Shown piece after piece: positions 19,231 through 30,268 of a DNA stretch of 64,000 bases (position 1 is the stretch's first letter; the number at the start of each line of letters is the position of its first letter). This DNA is from Methanothrix sp. (GTDB lineage Archaea > Halobacteriota > Methanosarcinia > Methanotrichales > Methanotrichaceae): positions 50,591-114,590 of the forward strand of contig JAXGJB010000002.1 of NCBI GenBank assembly GCA_040770465.1. The letters run 5' to 3'. The notes beneath the pieces are model-generated. The model did not search any database. It saw nothing but the letters and a program-made list of their open reading frames with translations, and was not told the DNA's origin. The translations under genes and the position numbers were made by a program.

Positions 19231-19620
19231 ATGAGACAATTTTCGGTTAAAGTTCTGGACGACGGCGACCGGGAGTTCGTGGAGATTCTGCGAGACCTCG
19301 GCATCCCCCGAAACGTCGCCGCCATGATAACGTACCTCGCCAACGTCGGGGAGGCCACCTCTCGTGAGATCGAGATCGGGTCGAACCTCAGGCAGCCGGA
19401 GGTCAGCATCGCCATGAGATCCCTTAGAGAGAACGGCTGGGTGGAGGAGAGGGAGATGAAGAAGGACGGAAAGGGGAGGCCCATGAAGGTCTACAGGCTC
19501 GCTGTAACCCTTGAGGAGATCATAAGGCATTTTGAGGATGAGAAGAGGAGCGAGTCGGCGAGGGTGATGGAAAATATAGGTCGGCTGAAGGATCTGAGCG
19601 GAAAGCTCGCCAACGTCTGA
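19231..19620 (+). CDS. Winged-helix transcriptional regulator (methanogen ArsR-like family)
   Basis: TSREIEIGSNLRQPEVSIAM...KGRPMKVYRL. Confidence 0.85.
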   Translation: MRQFSVKVLDDGDREFVEILRDLGIPRNVAAMITYLANVGEATSREIEIGSNLRQPEVSIAMRSLRENGWVEEREMKKDGKGRPMKVYRLAVTLEEIIRHFEDEKRSESARVMENIGRLKDLSGKLANV

Positions 19621-19629
19621 GGCGATCCT

Positions 19630-19842
19630 TCATCCGGAGGAGACGATCCGGACGATCTCCAGGTCGCCGGGTTCCACCACATCGTCCGAGGGAACGGGGC
19701 GCCCCTCCCAGAGCGCCACCACTGTCTCGGGTTTCAATCCCAGAAGCGAGACGAGTTCCTCATAGGTGACGCCCCTCTCAAAATCGATCACCCGTTCGGA
19801 TACGCGGCCATCAGCACGGATTTTAACCTCGAGAGCGGTCAC
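19630..19842 (-). CDS. Ubiquitin-like beta-grasp protein (SAMP2/ThiS/MoaD-like)
   Basis: 70 aa, TYEELVSLLGLKPETVVAL..GRPVPSD..., C-terminus IVRIVSSG; RBS GGTGAGG. Confidence 0.8.
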   Translation of the reverse strand: MTALEVKIRADGRVSERVIDFERGVTYEELVSLLGLKPETVVALWEGRPVPSDDVVEPGDLEIVRIVSSG

Positions 19843-19964
19843 TCTTCTTCCTCACCGCCTGCGCCCACGAGATCCTCGAGGTTCTCTTCGATCAGCTTCT
19901 TCTCCAGGTTCTCAGTCTTCTTGTCGCCTTTCCTCTCAACGTCCCTTTTCTTGAACTTAGGCAC
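19839..19964 (-). CDS. Small charged peptide, not in ORF track (41 aa from GTG 19964, or 43 aa from ATG 19970)
   Basis: (ML)VPKFKKRDVERKGDKKTENLEKKLIEENLEDLVGAGGEEEE*; RBS GGGGTGAT, upstream BRE/TATA-like GAAAGGTTAATA, GTGA overlap with next gene. Confidence 0.7.
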   Translation of the reverse strand: MPKFKKRDVERKGDKKTENLEKKLIEENLEDLVGAGGEEEE

Positions 19965-20011
19965 AAGCATCACCCCATCTTAATCCGATCTGCGGCGGTA
20001 TTAACCTTTCG

Positions 20012-20938
20012 TTAGCCTGACCTTCGGCCTATGCAGGCCCACTGATCGTAGATCCCCAGGTCGTCGGGGCTCGCGACCACCTCTGCAGCCCATCCCTCAG
20101 ACCTCAGGGCGGCGGCCACCATCCGGGCCTCTCTTTCGGTGTAGGTGGTGTAGATCACCATCTCTCCTGCGAGCTCCGACGAGCTGACCAGGATCTCCTT
20201 CCAGAGGGGCCAGTTGACGTCGTCGATCAGCCCCACCATGAACCCCACCACCGCCTCGAAGTGCTTAGGACGAAAGAACCGGTCCAGGAGCCGGGCGTCC
20301 AGGACCATCGACCTTTCGGGTTCGAGGTGGCCATACTTCAACCCATTGCATACCTCACAGCTATCGATCTCACAGGTCCATGGACGAACGCCGAGCCTCC
20401 TCAGGGCCTGGGTGGCCATGCCGCTACCGCAGCATATCTCCAGCACCTCGCCCCCAGAGGGGATGAGGGGTCTGAGGAACCTCTCCAGGGTTCCCGTCCT
20501 CTCGGGGACGAAGAGGGGCGGGCTTGATACAGGGCAATTCTCGCAGAATAGCTCGTCTTTTAGGGCGACGGCCAGCCACTCCACTACTCCCTCAAAAAAT
20601 CTCCTCTCATCCACCACGACGGTCTTCGATCTCGGGATCTCGGGAAGCGCTTCCAGGGGGCTTGATTCGGAGTAGCGGTCCGTCAAAAGGAGCCAGACCT
20701 CGCCGGGCTCTGTGAGCTTCAGGGCGATCCCCAGACGGGATCTGCGTCCCGCATCTGACCCTGTATCATCCTCCTCTCCCTCCTCCTCGCCATCCAGAAC
20801 TTCGATGGCCTCCACAACCACCGGTTCCGACCCGAGGATCTCTGAGGTGACCGGGAGGTCGATCAGATCGGCCAGGGACTCTTCGGCCAGGAATATCTCT
20901 TCACCGTCGTCGATCTTCAAGATCTTGTGAAGCAACAC
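20012..20938 (-). CDS. Putative class I SAM-dependent methyltransferase
   Basis: Motif I VLEICCGSG, acidic end of beta2 (CEID), LDAR. Confidence 0.65.
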   Translation of the reverse strand: MLLHKILKIDDGEEIFLAEESLADLIDLPVTSEILGSEPVVVEAIEVLDGEEEGEEDDTGSDAGRRSRLGIALKLTEPGEVWLLLTDRYSESSPLEALPEIPRSKTVVVDERRFFEGVVEWLAVALKDELFCENCPVSSPPLFVPERTGTLERFLRPLIPSGGEVLEICCGSGMATQALRRLGVRPWTCEIDSCEVCNGLKYGHLEPERSMVLDARLLDRFFRPKHFEAVVGFMVGLIDDVNWPLWKEILVSSSELAGEMVIYTTYTEREARMVAAALRSEGWAAEVVASPDDLGIYDQWACIGRRSG

Positions 20939-21020
20939 GATGGAAATAACCGATCCCGGCAGATATCAAGTTTTCTTTCGGGGAAACGGCTATATTGTCT
21001 CCTGTCGACTGGAGTAGGGT

Positions 21021-23039
21021 TTGAAGCTCAAAGACGTTCCAGGCATAGGGGCGAAGCTGAATGAACGGCTGATTGCCCACTATGGGGATGAGGGCGCCGC
21101 CATGGAGGCCTTGCTGAAGGGGGACGTGGCCGGCCTTCTGAAGATGAGGGGGCTGAGCGAGCGGCAGGCAACGGCCCTGGTCCAGCGGGCGAGAAGCACG
21201 AATTGGGGGGTCTCTCCTGCCGACTTTCTCGCCACCGACGAGGCGGTCCGGATATACCAGTCTCTGATGGAGCTTCTGTCCAGGTCGGCCCACACCGAAT
21301 ATGCCAGGCAGAAGCTGTCCTGCCTCTTCCCATCCTCCAGCCGGGAGATGGTCGAGGAGAACCGGAGATTTGCGGAATCGGCCATCAGCTCCTCCTCAAA
21401 GCTGATCGACACCGACCTAGCCCGCCACCTCTCGAATATCAAGCCGCTCCGAAAGGGCGCAGGTCCAAGGGTCAGGAACCGGGCTGTGGCGGCGGATTCT
21501 GTATCCGCTTTTCGGGCCCTGAAGGAGAGGGGGATGGAGCGGTCTGTCGATCTTCATCTCGTCGAGAGCCTGAGGGATCTGCGAGATCTGGCTCAGGGGT
21601 ACGATCTTGTGACCTTCATCTCCAGAAACCTCGACAGCCTCTCCCTGGATGAGGTCGAGGAGGCGGAGAGCGACGAGGACTGGTACCTGGTCCCGGAGCT
21701 TCTGCTTCATCGTTACCAGGAGAACGAGGCCACCATCGACGCCATCCTCGGAGCGGCCAGGATCTTGCAGGCCGCTGAGGTCGCCTCCTTCGAGGGGCTC
21801 GAAGAGCTGCTCTGCGGCCTTGAGAGGCTGAGAGCTGACGACGATCCCGAGGTTCGGCGGCTCGACCAGCTGATGGCGGAGCTTGAAGGCCGGGTGGATG
21901 AGGCGGTGGCCTGGGCCAACGCCGAGTTGAAACGGAGGATGGAGAGCTGTTCTGTAACCTTCGCCGGAGACGACCTCCTCCTCGCCCTGGGAAGAGGCGG
22001 TGACCTCCGGGACGTCTTCAAATCCCGGATGGGTGAGACCTTCACCGAAGTGATGAAAGCTGCGAGGGATCGGGCCTCCGCCGGCCTGGAGCTGAAAGGG
22101 GCCGAGGGGGCGCGGCTCGAGGAGATCATCTCCCCGGAGGTCCGCTACCCCATGGAAGAAGACCGGGAGGCTCTGGTTCGGTTCATTCGGGAGCTTCGGA
22201 AGAAGGCGGAGGCCAAGAGGCTGAAGTCCCGCCGGGATCGTGCAAGAGATCTCGCAGGAAGGTGGGACCTGGTGGAGACCCTAGAGAGACGTCTGCTGGA
22301 GTTCGACGTGGGATTCTCCCTGGCCACCTTCTCCCACCGGATGGGATTGACGATGCCAACCTTCGTCGAAGACCCCTGCATCGGCTTTTTGGATGGAATA
22401 AACCTGCTTCTCGATGATCCCGAGCCGGTCAGCTACTCTGTGGGTCCTTCGGGGCTCGCCGAGCCGGACGAGAGGACGGCGATCCTCAGCGGCGTCAACT
22501 CCGGCGGCAAGACAACCCTCATCGAGCTCGTGGCCACGATGGTGATCCTCGCCCAGATGGGGCTTCCGGTTCCAGCGGCCGCGTGCCGCCTCTGCATCTT
22601 CGATGCCCTCTACTACTTCGGCAAGAGCCGGGGCACCCTGGGGGCCGGGGCCTTCGAGGCGACTATTCGAAAGTTCTCCGTCCTCTCCGGAGAGGATAGG
22701 AAGCTCGTCCTGGCTGACGAGCTGGAGGCGATGACCGAGCCCGGAGCCTCGGCCAGGATCATAGCCTCCCTTCTGGACGAGCTCTCTCGAGGGGGGTCTG
22801 TCGCCATCTTCGTCAGCCATCTCGCAGAGGATGTGGCGAGGTTTGCAGAGACCTCTGTCAGGATCGACGGCATCGAGGCCCGGGGACTCGATGGGACCGG
22901 CCAGCTCATCGTCGATAGAAGCCCACTCTATCATCACCTGGCCAAAAGCACTCCGGAGCTGATAATCGAGAGGCTCGCCCGAACCGCCAGTGGCCCCGAG
23001 CGAGATTTCTACGCGAGACTCCTCTCGAAATTCCGGTGA
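21021..23039 (+). CDS. MutS2-like ATPase with N-terminal helix-hairpin-helix
   Basis: LKDVPGIG HhH; Walker A GVNSGGKTT; LAQMGLPVPA; VLADELEAMTEPGA; VSHL. Confidence 0.88.
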   Translation: MKLKDVPGIGAKLNERLIAHYGDEGAAMEALLKGDVAGLLKMRGLSERQATALVQRARSTNWGVSPADFLATDEAVRIYQSLMELLSRSAHTEYARQKLSCLFPSSSREMVEENRRFAESAISSSSKLIDTDLARHLSNIKPLRKGAGPRVRNRAVAADSVSAFRALKERGMERSVDLHLVESLRDLRDLAQGYDLVTFISRNLDSLSLDEVEEAESDEDWYLVPELLLHRYQENEATIDAILGAARILQAAEVASFEGLEELLCGLERLRADDDPEVRRLDQLMAELEGRVDEAVAWANAELKRRMESCSVTFAGDDLLLALGRGGDLRDVFKSRMGETFTEVMKAARDRASAGLELKGAEGARLEEIISPEVRYPMEEDREALVRFIRELRKKAEAKRLKSRRDRARDLAGRWDLVETLERRLLEFDVGFSLATFSHRMGLTMPTFVEDPCIGFLDGINLLLDDPEPVSYSVGPSGLAEPDERTAILSGVNSGGKTTLIELVATMVILAQMGLPVPAAACRLCIFDALYYFGKSRGTLGAGAFEATIRKFSVLSGEDRKLVLADELEAMTEPGASARIIASLLDELSRGGSVAIFVSHLAEDVARFAETSVRIDGIEARGLDGTGQLIVDRSPLYHHLAKSTPELIIERLARTASGPERDFYARLLSKFR

Positions 23040-23070
23040 ATTTTTATACTAGCTGACCAATTTATATCAC

Positions 23071-23286
23071 ATGGACCCCTCATACCACCTTGAGATATGG
23101 CAGATAGCCGCCATATGCCTTCTTCTGCTGCCGGCATTCCTCATCGCCAACTACGTCATCGTGAAGAGGATGGTCCAGGAGAGAAAGGCCCGGGAGGACA
23201 GGGTGGAGAGGTTCATCGCTGCCAGCGTGGCGCGGGACATGAATCCCGATAACAGGTCGAAGAGGAGACCAAGAAGGAGGTTCTGA
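23071..23286 (+). CDS. Small single-pass membrane protein
   Basis: One hydrophobic helix and basic tail; TTTTTATA about 30 nt upstream. Confidence 0.65.
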   Translation: MDPSYHLEIWQIAAICLLLLPAFLIANYVIVKRMVQERKAREDRVERFIAASVARDMNPDNRSKRRPRRRF

Positions 23287-23616
23287 ACTTTCGCACCATA
23301 TCCTGTTCCATCGATGCCGGTCACCCCGGACCGAACCGTCGAGGGGTCGATGGTGGGGATACGCTCTCCCAGCTCTAAGACGGACGGAGAATGATTCGGA
23401 GATGGATCGTCTGGCCGTCATGGACAGGAAGCTGGTCGGGGCAGGCTGAGGATGAAATCCCATAAATCGTACCGAAATCTCGCCTAACAAGGGCGACACA
23501 TCCCGAATTTCATAAAGAACATTATTACTATTTATTTTTCTTATGTTCATGGTCCAATATTATGGGAAACCTCTTTATAGTATAAACAAGGGAGTTATCG
23601 AGGGGTGTGTACTCAG

Positions 23617-24213
23617 ATGAGCGATAAGACGGAGCAGTTGAAAGAGCTGTTCTTGAAGATCTCAAGCAGCACCAAAGTGGTCGAGAAGCAGGCCACGGTC
23701 CATGGCGATCTCAAGGGAAGTGAAGAGATCGAAAGCAGGCTTCGAGTGGTCGTATCTGACATGTGCAAGCAATACAACATCCAGACCAAACTCACCCCTG
23801 AGCAGCTGGCCGCCGTGGTGAGGTTATTTTATAAGGGGCTCAGCGACACCGAGATCGCCGAGCAGCTGGGAGATCGAGCGCTCAACAAGACAGTCAGTCG
23901 CGCCAGGATCAAGCTACACCTGTTCCGGGAATCCGACCTCAAGCCGCCCTTTAAAAAGGAGGAGTTCCTGAAGCTGGCCGAGGCCGGCCGTTCGGTGAAG
24001 GAGATGAGCGAGAGTCTGGGGGTGGCCCCCTCCACCATCAGCGAGTACAAGAACATCTTCGACTGTCAGGAGGCTGCCGAGAGGGACGGTTATACCAAGC
24101 GCTTCGAGGAGATAATCTCCGACCAGGACGTTTCAGAGAGGATGGTCACTCACATCTCCAAGGACGGGCTCCAGGACACCATGGACACCGACTACGAGAC
24201 TGCAGAAGCTTGA
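23617..24213 (+). CDS. HTH-containing protein resembling haloarchaeal conditioned-medium-induced protein 4
   Basis: MSDKTEQLKELF N-terminus; two HTH-like segments SDTEIAEQLG...TVSRAR and SVKEMSESLGVAPSTISEY. Confidence 0.65.
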   Translation: MSDKTEQLKELFLKISSSTKVVEKQATVHGDLKGSEEIESRLRVVVSDMCKQYNIQTKLTPEQLAAVVRLFYKGLSDTEIAEQLGDRALNKTVSRARIKLHLFRESDLKPPFKKEEFLKLAEAGRSVKEMSESLGVAPSTISEYKNIFDCQEAAERDGYTKRFEEIISDQDVSERMVTHISKDGLQDTMDTDYETAEA

Positions 24214-24337
24214 AAAGGGGGAAGCTGCCCGGGGGCTATCTCGAGGAGCTCCCCTAAGACCTTTAAAGGTCGAGGATCCGCCAATTTCGCCAATTTCTAT
24301 ATTTGCTCATACCTCTTTCGACCCTTGGGGATCAATT

Positions 24338-24757
24338 TCAGATTCTCGTCGCCTCGAAGGGCCCTGATAGTTCCATCTGATCGCTGTCTCGGTAGTAGAA
24401 CTCGCCCTGAATGCTGTCGTCGTTTATCATCCGTCCGTCCACAAAGGATATCGTCGTCATGGGGTCTCCTCCATCCTCGCTCCGTATTGCCAGATAGAAC
24501 GCCTCGATCTTTCCGCCGTCTATAGTCCCGAAGACGATCCCACTGTAGTCGTCTTCGGATGCGTTGACCTCCACTGAGTAGGATCCGATGATGTTGTTTC
24601 CCACCTGCTGGACGTTGGCTGTCATCACCTCTTCAACGTCGCCGAAGGTATAGCTGGACTGCCAGGTTCCTGTTGCGTCGACGTTGCTGAGGGAGGCGAT
24701 GGGGTTGATGAGGGCCGTCAAAGAAAACAGAACGATACACCATCTGATCACTTTCAT
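24338..24757 (-). CDS. Secreted beta-rich hypothetical protein
   Basis: Signal peptide, DATGTW start and F-ATR end typical of small beta-barrels. Confidence 0.7.
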   Translation of the reverse strand: MKVIRWCIVLFSLTALINPIASLSNVDATGTWQSSYTFGDVEEVMTANVQQVGNNIIGSYSVEVNASEDDYSGIVFGTIDGGKIEAFYLAIRSEDGGDPMTTISFVDGRMINDDSIQGEFYYRDSDQMELSGPFEATRI

Positions 24758-24911
24758 CTCGATCTCACCATATTTCTTTCATCGCAGTTTGTCTTGATCC
24801 GTATTAATAGTTGATCTCACCGGTATATGGCGATTATCTTCGTCGATCACCTTCCGGGTTGAACTTGTGTTCAGGAACTTGTACGACTTGTTTGCCGGTT
24901 GCCTCCTGAAG

Positions 24912-25832
24912 TTACTTGCACGAAGCTGTGACGTGCCAGTAAATGAGCAGGAGAAGTGTGACGAGCATCCATTCGCCATCGACAAAGAAATCCAGAATTA
25001 GCGGATCTTTTCGGGTGCTGAAGTACCAGATGCAAATATATCCGTAGACGGCAAACCCCTTTATCAGCAGTTTCGTCTCACCCGCTACAAAGGGCAGCAA
25101 CGGCAGGAGCGTACTGTTTAATATAAACAATATCTTGGATGTATAGGATGGTCCGAGGATTACGGGCAAGGTCCTGACAGCAGATCTTCTGTCTCCCTCT
25201 ACATCCCTTATGTCGTATAGAACGGTGGCAGTGAAATCTCGAACCATCATGAAATACATGATGATAGCTATCAGACCAATTTTGGTCGGTTCCATCTGCA
25301 TTCCGGGAATCAGTGTGCATACCACCGCCCAGGAGACGGCTACAGTCACGTTCTTCATGACGGGAATGTCTTTGAGCCTCGGCAGTCCCGGGATCAGCCT
25401 GGTGCTATAGGCTGCATTTGCGACGATGGGTACAAAGACCAGGGGGACGACCGCCGGATTTCGGAGCAGGGCTATCGCCACACAGAGGACGTAAGCGGCG
25501 ATCGAGTAGCAAAGGACCAGCCTCTTTCTTCTTGATATAAAGACGACCCGTTCGGGCATGTTGATGCCGTCTTCGTCCAGATCGGTGAGTTTGTTCAGGC
25601 TGTAAACGCTGAAGGTCATCAGAAATACACAGAAGCAGAGAGGGATGTCAGGTTGGGTCTGGAGGAGGATGAATCCGCCGAAGGTCTGGAAGAACCCTGT
25701 TATGCCGATGAATATCGAACTTACCGTCAGGAATATAAAAAAACGTCTCGTCAGACCGACTATACCGATCACTGCGTTTCCTATGCTATAATTAAAAATA
25801 TTTTCTAATAAAATCTCCGGCGCGCCTGGCAT
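24912..25832 (-). CDS. UbiA family prenyltransferase
   Basis: Multi-TM protein with Asp-rich motifs NKLTDLDED and YDIRDVEGD; RLKDIP. Confidence 0.9.
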   Translation of the reverse strand: MPGAPEILLENIFNYSIGNAVIGIVGLTRRFFIFLTVSSIFIGITGFFQTFGGFILLQTQPDIPLCFCVFLMTFSVYSLNKLTDLDEDGINMPERVVFISRRKRLVLCYSIAAYVLCVAIALLRNPAVVPLVFVPIVANAAYSTRLIPGLPRLKDIPVMKNVTVAVSWAVVCTLIPGMQMEPTKIGLIAIIMYFMMVRDFTATVLYDIRDVEGDRRSAVRTLPVILGPSYTSKILFILNSTLLPLLPFVAGETKLLIKGFAVYGYICIWYFSTRKDPLILDFFVDGEWMLVTLLLLIYWHVTASCK

Positions 25833-25928
25833 AATATAATTGATAGCCGTCCAACACTATATAACTTGCGAAAGATTTATTTATATTAAAATATGTTTAA
25901 GGGCGCTATTAAGCTTACTAGAAATAAG

Positions 25929-26759
25929 CTAAATTTTATATATAACCTCTGATTTCCGTTTAAAGTGGTCGAAAAGGCTCAATCCCCACTGGACTGCGCT
26001 ATCGCTGACACAGACCAGGTCCCTCCCGACATCATACGATCCGTCAAGTCTGTAAAGCCCCAGGTTTAATAACGATTCTGTGACTGTAAACGCCACTTTG
26101 ACGGGCTCGCTGATTGAATAGAGATGGAAGTTGGGATGCTCCAACAGCTTTTTCAAAAGAACTTCGTGACTCTTAATTGTCGAATCGAGAACCTGCCGCG
26201 TGAGAATCAGCTCTATCGTTGCCCCTCTTTTGACGGGATCAGCTATTGCATCTGAAAATCCCGGAGCTATTATGGGAGATACGCCGCGAATCTCTTTGGA
26301 CCGCATCATCTCCTCAACGAAGTACTCCAGCGATCTGAGGGGCGCCTCCAGGTCGTCTTTTATGACCTCCGACTGGGCCAGCATGCCGATATTCTTCAGA
26401 AGCTCAACGGGAATCCCGCTAATGTCGTGGCTCTGCCAGAAGTCCCGATGCTCTTCGAGGGCCAAGACGAAGTCGATCATCTCGGTCAGAATATGAGCCT
26501 GCATCATGCCCAGGTTGGTGAGTCCATACCCCTTGTCGACTTTGGTCACAAGGCCCGAACCGGTCAACTCCTTGATGGCGTGAAGGATCGTCGTATTTCT
26601 GATGCCCATCTCCTTCTCCAGGTCGCCGGTGTTCATGCTGCCGTTTTTCAGGCATAAAAGGACCTTGGTTCGCACTTTAGAGCGGGTGAAGGACTTCAGC
26701 GACTCCTCCGCAACGTCGTACCGTCGGCAGACCATATCGCATTTCAGCATATTTATCAC
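25929..26759 (-). CDS. Winged-helix regulator with DUF1724/FilR1-middle-like domain
   Basis: SKVRTKVLLCL..HAIKEL HTH; FWQSHDISGIP; AVQWGLSLF. Confidence 0.85.
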   Translation of the reverse strand: MINMLKCDMVCRRYDVAEESLKSFTRSKVRTKVLLCLKNGSMNTGDLEKEMGIRNTTILHAIKELTGSGLVTKVDKGYGLTNLGMMQAHILTEMIDFVLALEEHRDFWQSHDISGIPVELLKNIGMLAQSEVIKDDLEAPLRSLEYFVEEMMRSKEIRGVSPIIAPGFSDAIADPVKRGATIELILTRQVLDSTIKSHEVLLKKLLEHPNFHLYSISEPVKVAFTVTESLLNLGLYRLDGSYDVGRDLVCVSDSAVQWGLSLFDHFKRKSEVIYKI

Positions 26760-27202
26760 CCTGGATCTTGGGGCTGAATTCGCTTTTTTATTCCTTCTTT
26801 CCTGATGCCAAGCAGATTAGAAGAGCCTCAAATGGATCTCGGTACTCCCTCTTTCCATTACGATCAGAATACACAATTTCACAAAGGACGCCGCTCTACG
26901 GCAAAGATAGCTAATATGATAAATATCTATCGATATGCAGAATTTTAAAATTCTCTTGTTATCTATTTAAAGCCGTTGTTCCATTCTATTTTTCAGGTCG
27001 TAGCACGTGAAATAAATGGTTTTTGTCCACCCGTCCCCCGCAATAATCGAATATCAACGGGTTCCTCCATCTCCGGCGAGAAAAGGCCGCCAAGTCGCGC
27101 CACTTCTTTGGATTGGCGCCGATTTTCTGGTGGTCGAACCGCAGAAGCCGCAACCCATAATGATATTGCGGAAGAATTGAAGACGAATTGCAGGAGAAAA
27201 GG

Positions 27203-27274
27203 TGCGGCTGCCGGGAATCGAACCCGGGCTACGAGCTTGGGAAGCTCATGTCCTAACCCCTGGACCACAGCCGC
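27203..27274 (-). tRNA. tRNA-Gly (anticodon CCC)
   Basis: Revcomp GCGGCTGTGGTCCAGGGGTTAGGACATGAGCTTCCCAAGCTCGTAGCCCGGGTTCGATTCCCGGCAGCCGCA folds as a cloverleaf. Confidence 0.97.
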
Positions 27275-27308
27275 TCAGCCACCTTAGGGAAGGCCTGGCT
27301 CATAAAGT

Positions 27309-29578
<2,270 letters not shown>

Positions 29579-29690
29579 AAACCGCCTCTCGCGTCTTGTT
29601 TTGAGGATTTCGCCCTTCTCAGCCGTTCCCTGCGGGATCGGCCCGATTGACGGAAAGATTTATGCACGACCGGCGTATAAGAGCCGGATT

Positions 29691-30218
29691 ATGAGAAGGA
29701 ATCTAGCACTAATGGTCGCAGTTCTTGCCCTCTTACAGGCTTGGTCCGTCATGGGGCAGGATCTCACCCTCGATTCGCCTGTGGTGGCACCCGCTGCCCT
29801 CACCGATTTCCTGAACGAGAGCGATAATGTGACGGTCGACATCGCCGTCAACGACACGGTCAACGACACCGTCAATGACACAGTCAACGACACCGAGAAT
29901 ATGACCGCCGCCGACAACAACATGACCACCACGGCCAGCCAGCAGGAGTTCCTCGACCAGCCCGTCAGCGATATCGCGGTCGATGACAACATGACCACCA
30001 CGGCCACCCAGGATGACTTCCTCGACCAACCCGTCAACCAGAGCCGGATCACAGGCTTGGAGCCGTCTTGGACGAGCAGCATATACGCGTTCCTGATGGA
30101 TGAGCCGATGGAGCAGCCCGTCTCACCCTACGTCAAGGGCGAGATGAGCAGCAGCGAGGCCTCAACAGCGTCGTCGGATAATTTTTATAACAAGCACCAG
30201 ATGATGGGGGATGGATAA
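29691..30218 (+). CDS. Secreted acidic repeat-containing protein, probable glycoprotein
   Basis: Signal peptide; (VNDT)x4; two DNMTTTAxQxxFLDQPV units. Confidence 0.75.
   Translation: MRRNLALMVAVLALLQAWSVMGQDLTLDSPVVAPAALTDFLNESDNVTVDIAVNDTVNDTVNDTVNDTENMTAADNNMTTTASQQEFLDQPVSDIAVDDNMTTTATQDDFLDQPVNQSRITGLEPSWTSSIYAFLMDEPMEQPVSPYVKGEMSSSEASTASSDNFYNKHQMMGDG
29847..29894 (+). repeat. 12-bp tandem repeat x4 (GTCAAYGACACN)
   Basis: gtcaacgacacg gtcaacgacacc gtcaatgacaca gtcaacgacacc. Confidence 0.9.
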
Positions 30219-30268
30219 CCTTCCTTTGAAATGTGATCGCGACGACTACGCCAAATAGTTCGCAAGCC

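Noticed and set aside
24218-24240. Possible att duplicate of the tRNA-Gly 3' end (gctgcccggg)
   Set aside because: Only about 9-10 imperfect bases in GC-rich DNA; part of a likely terminator hairpin
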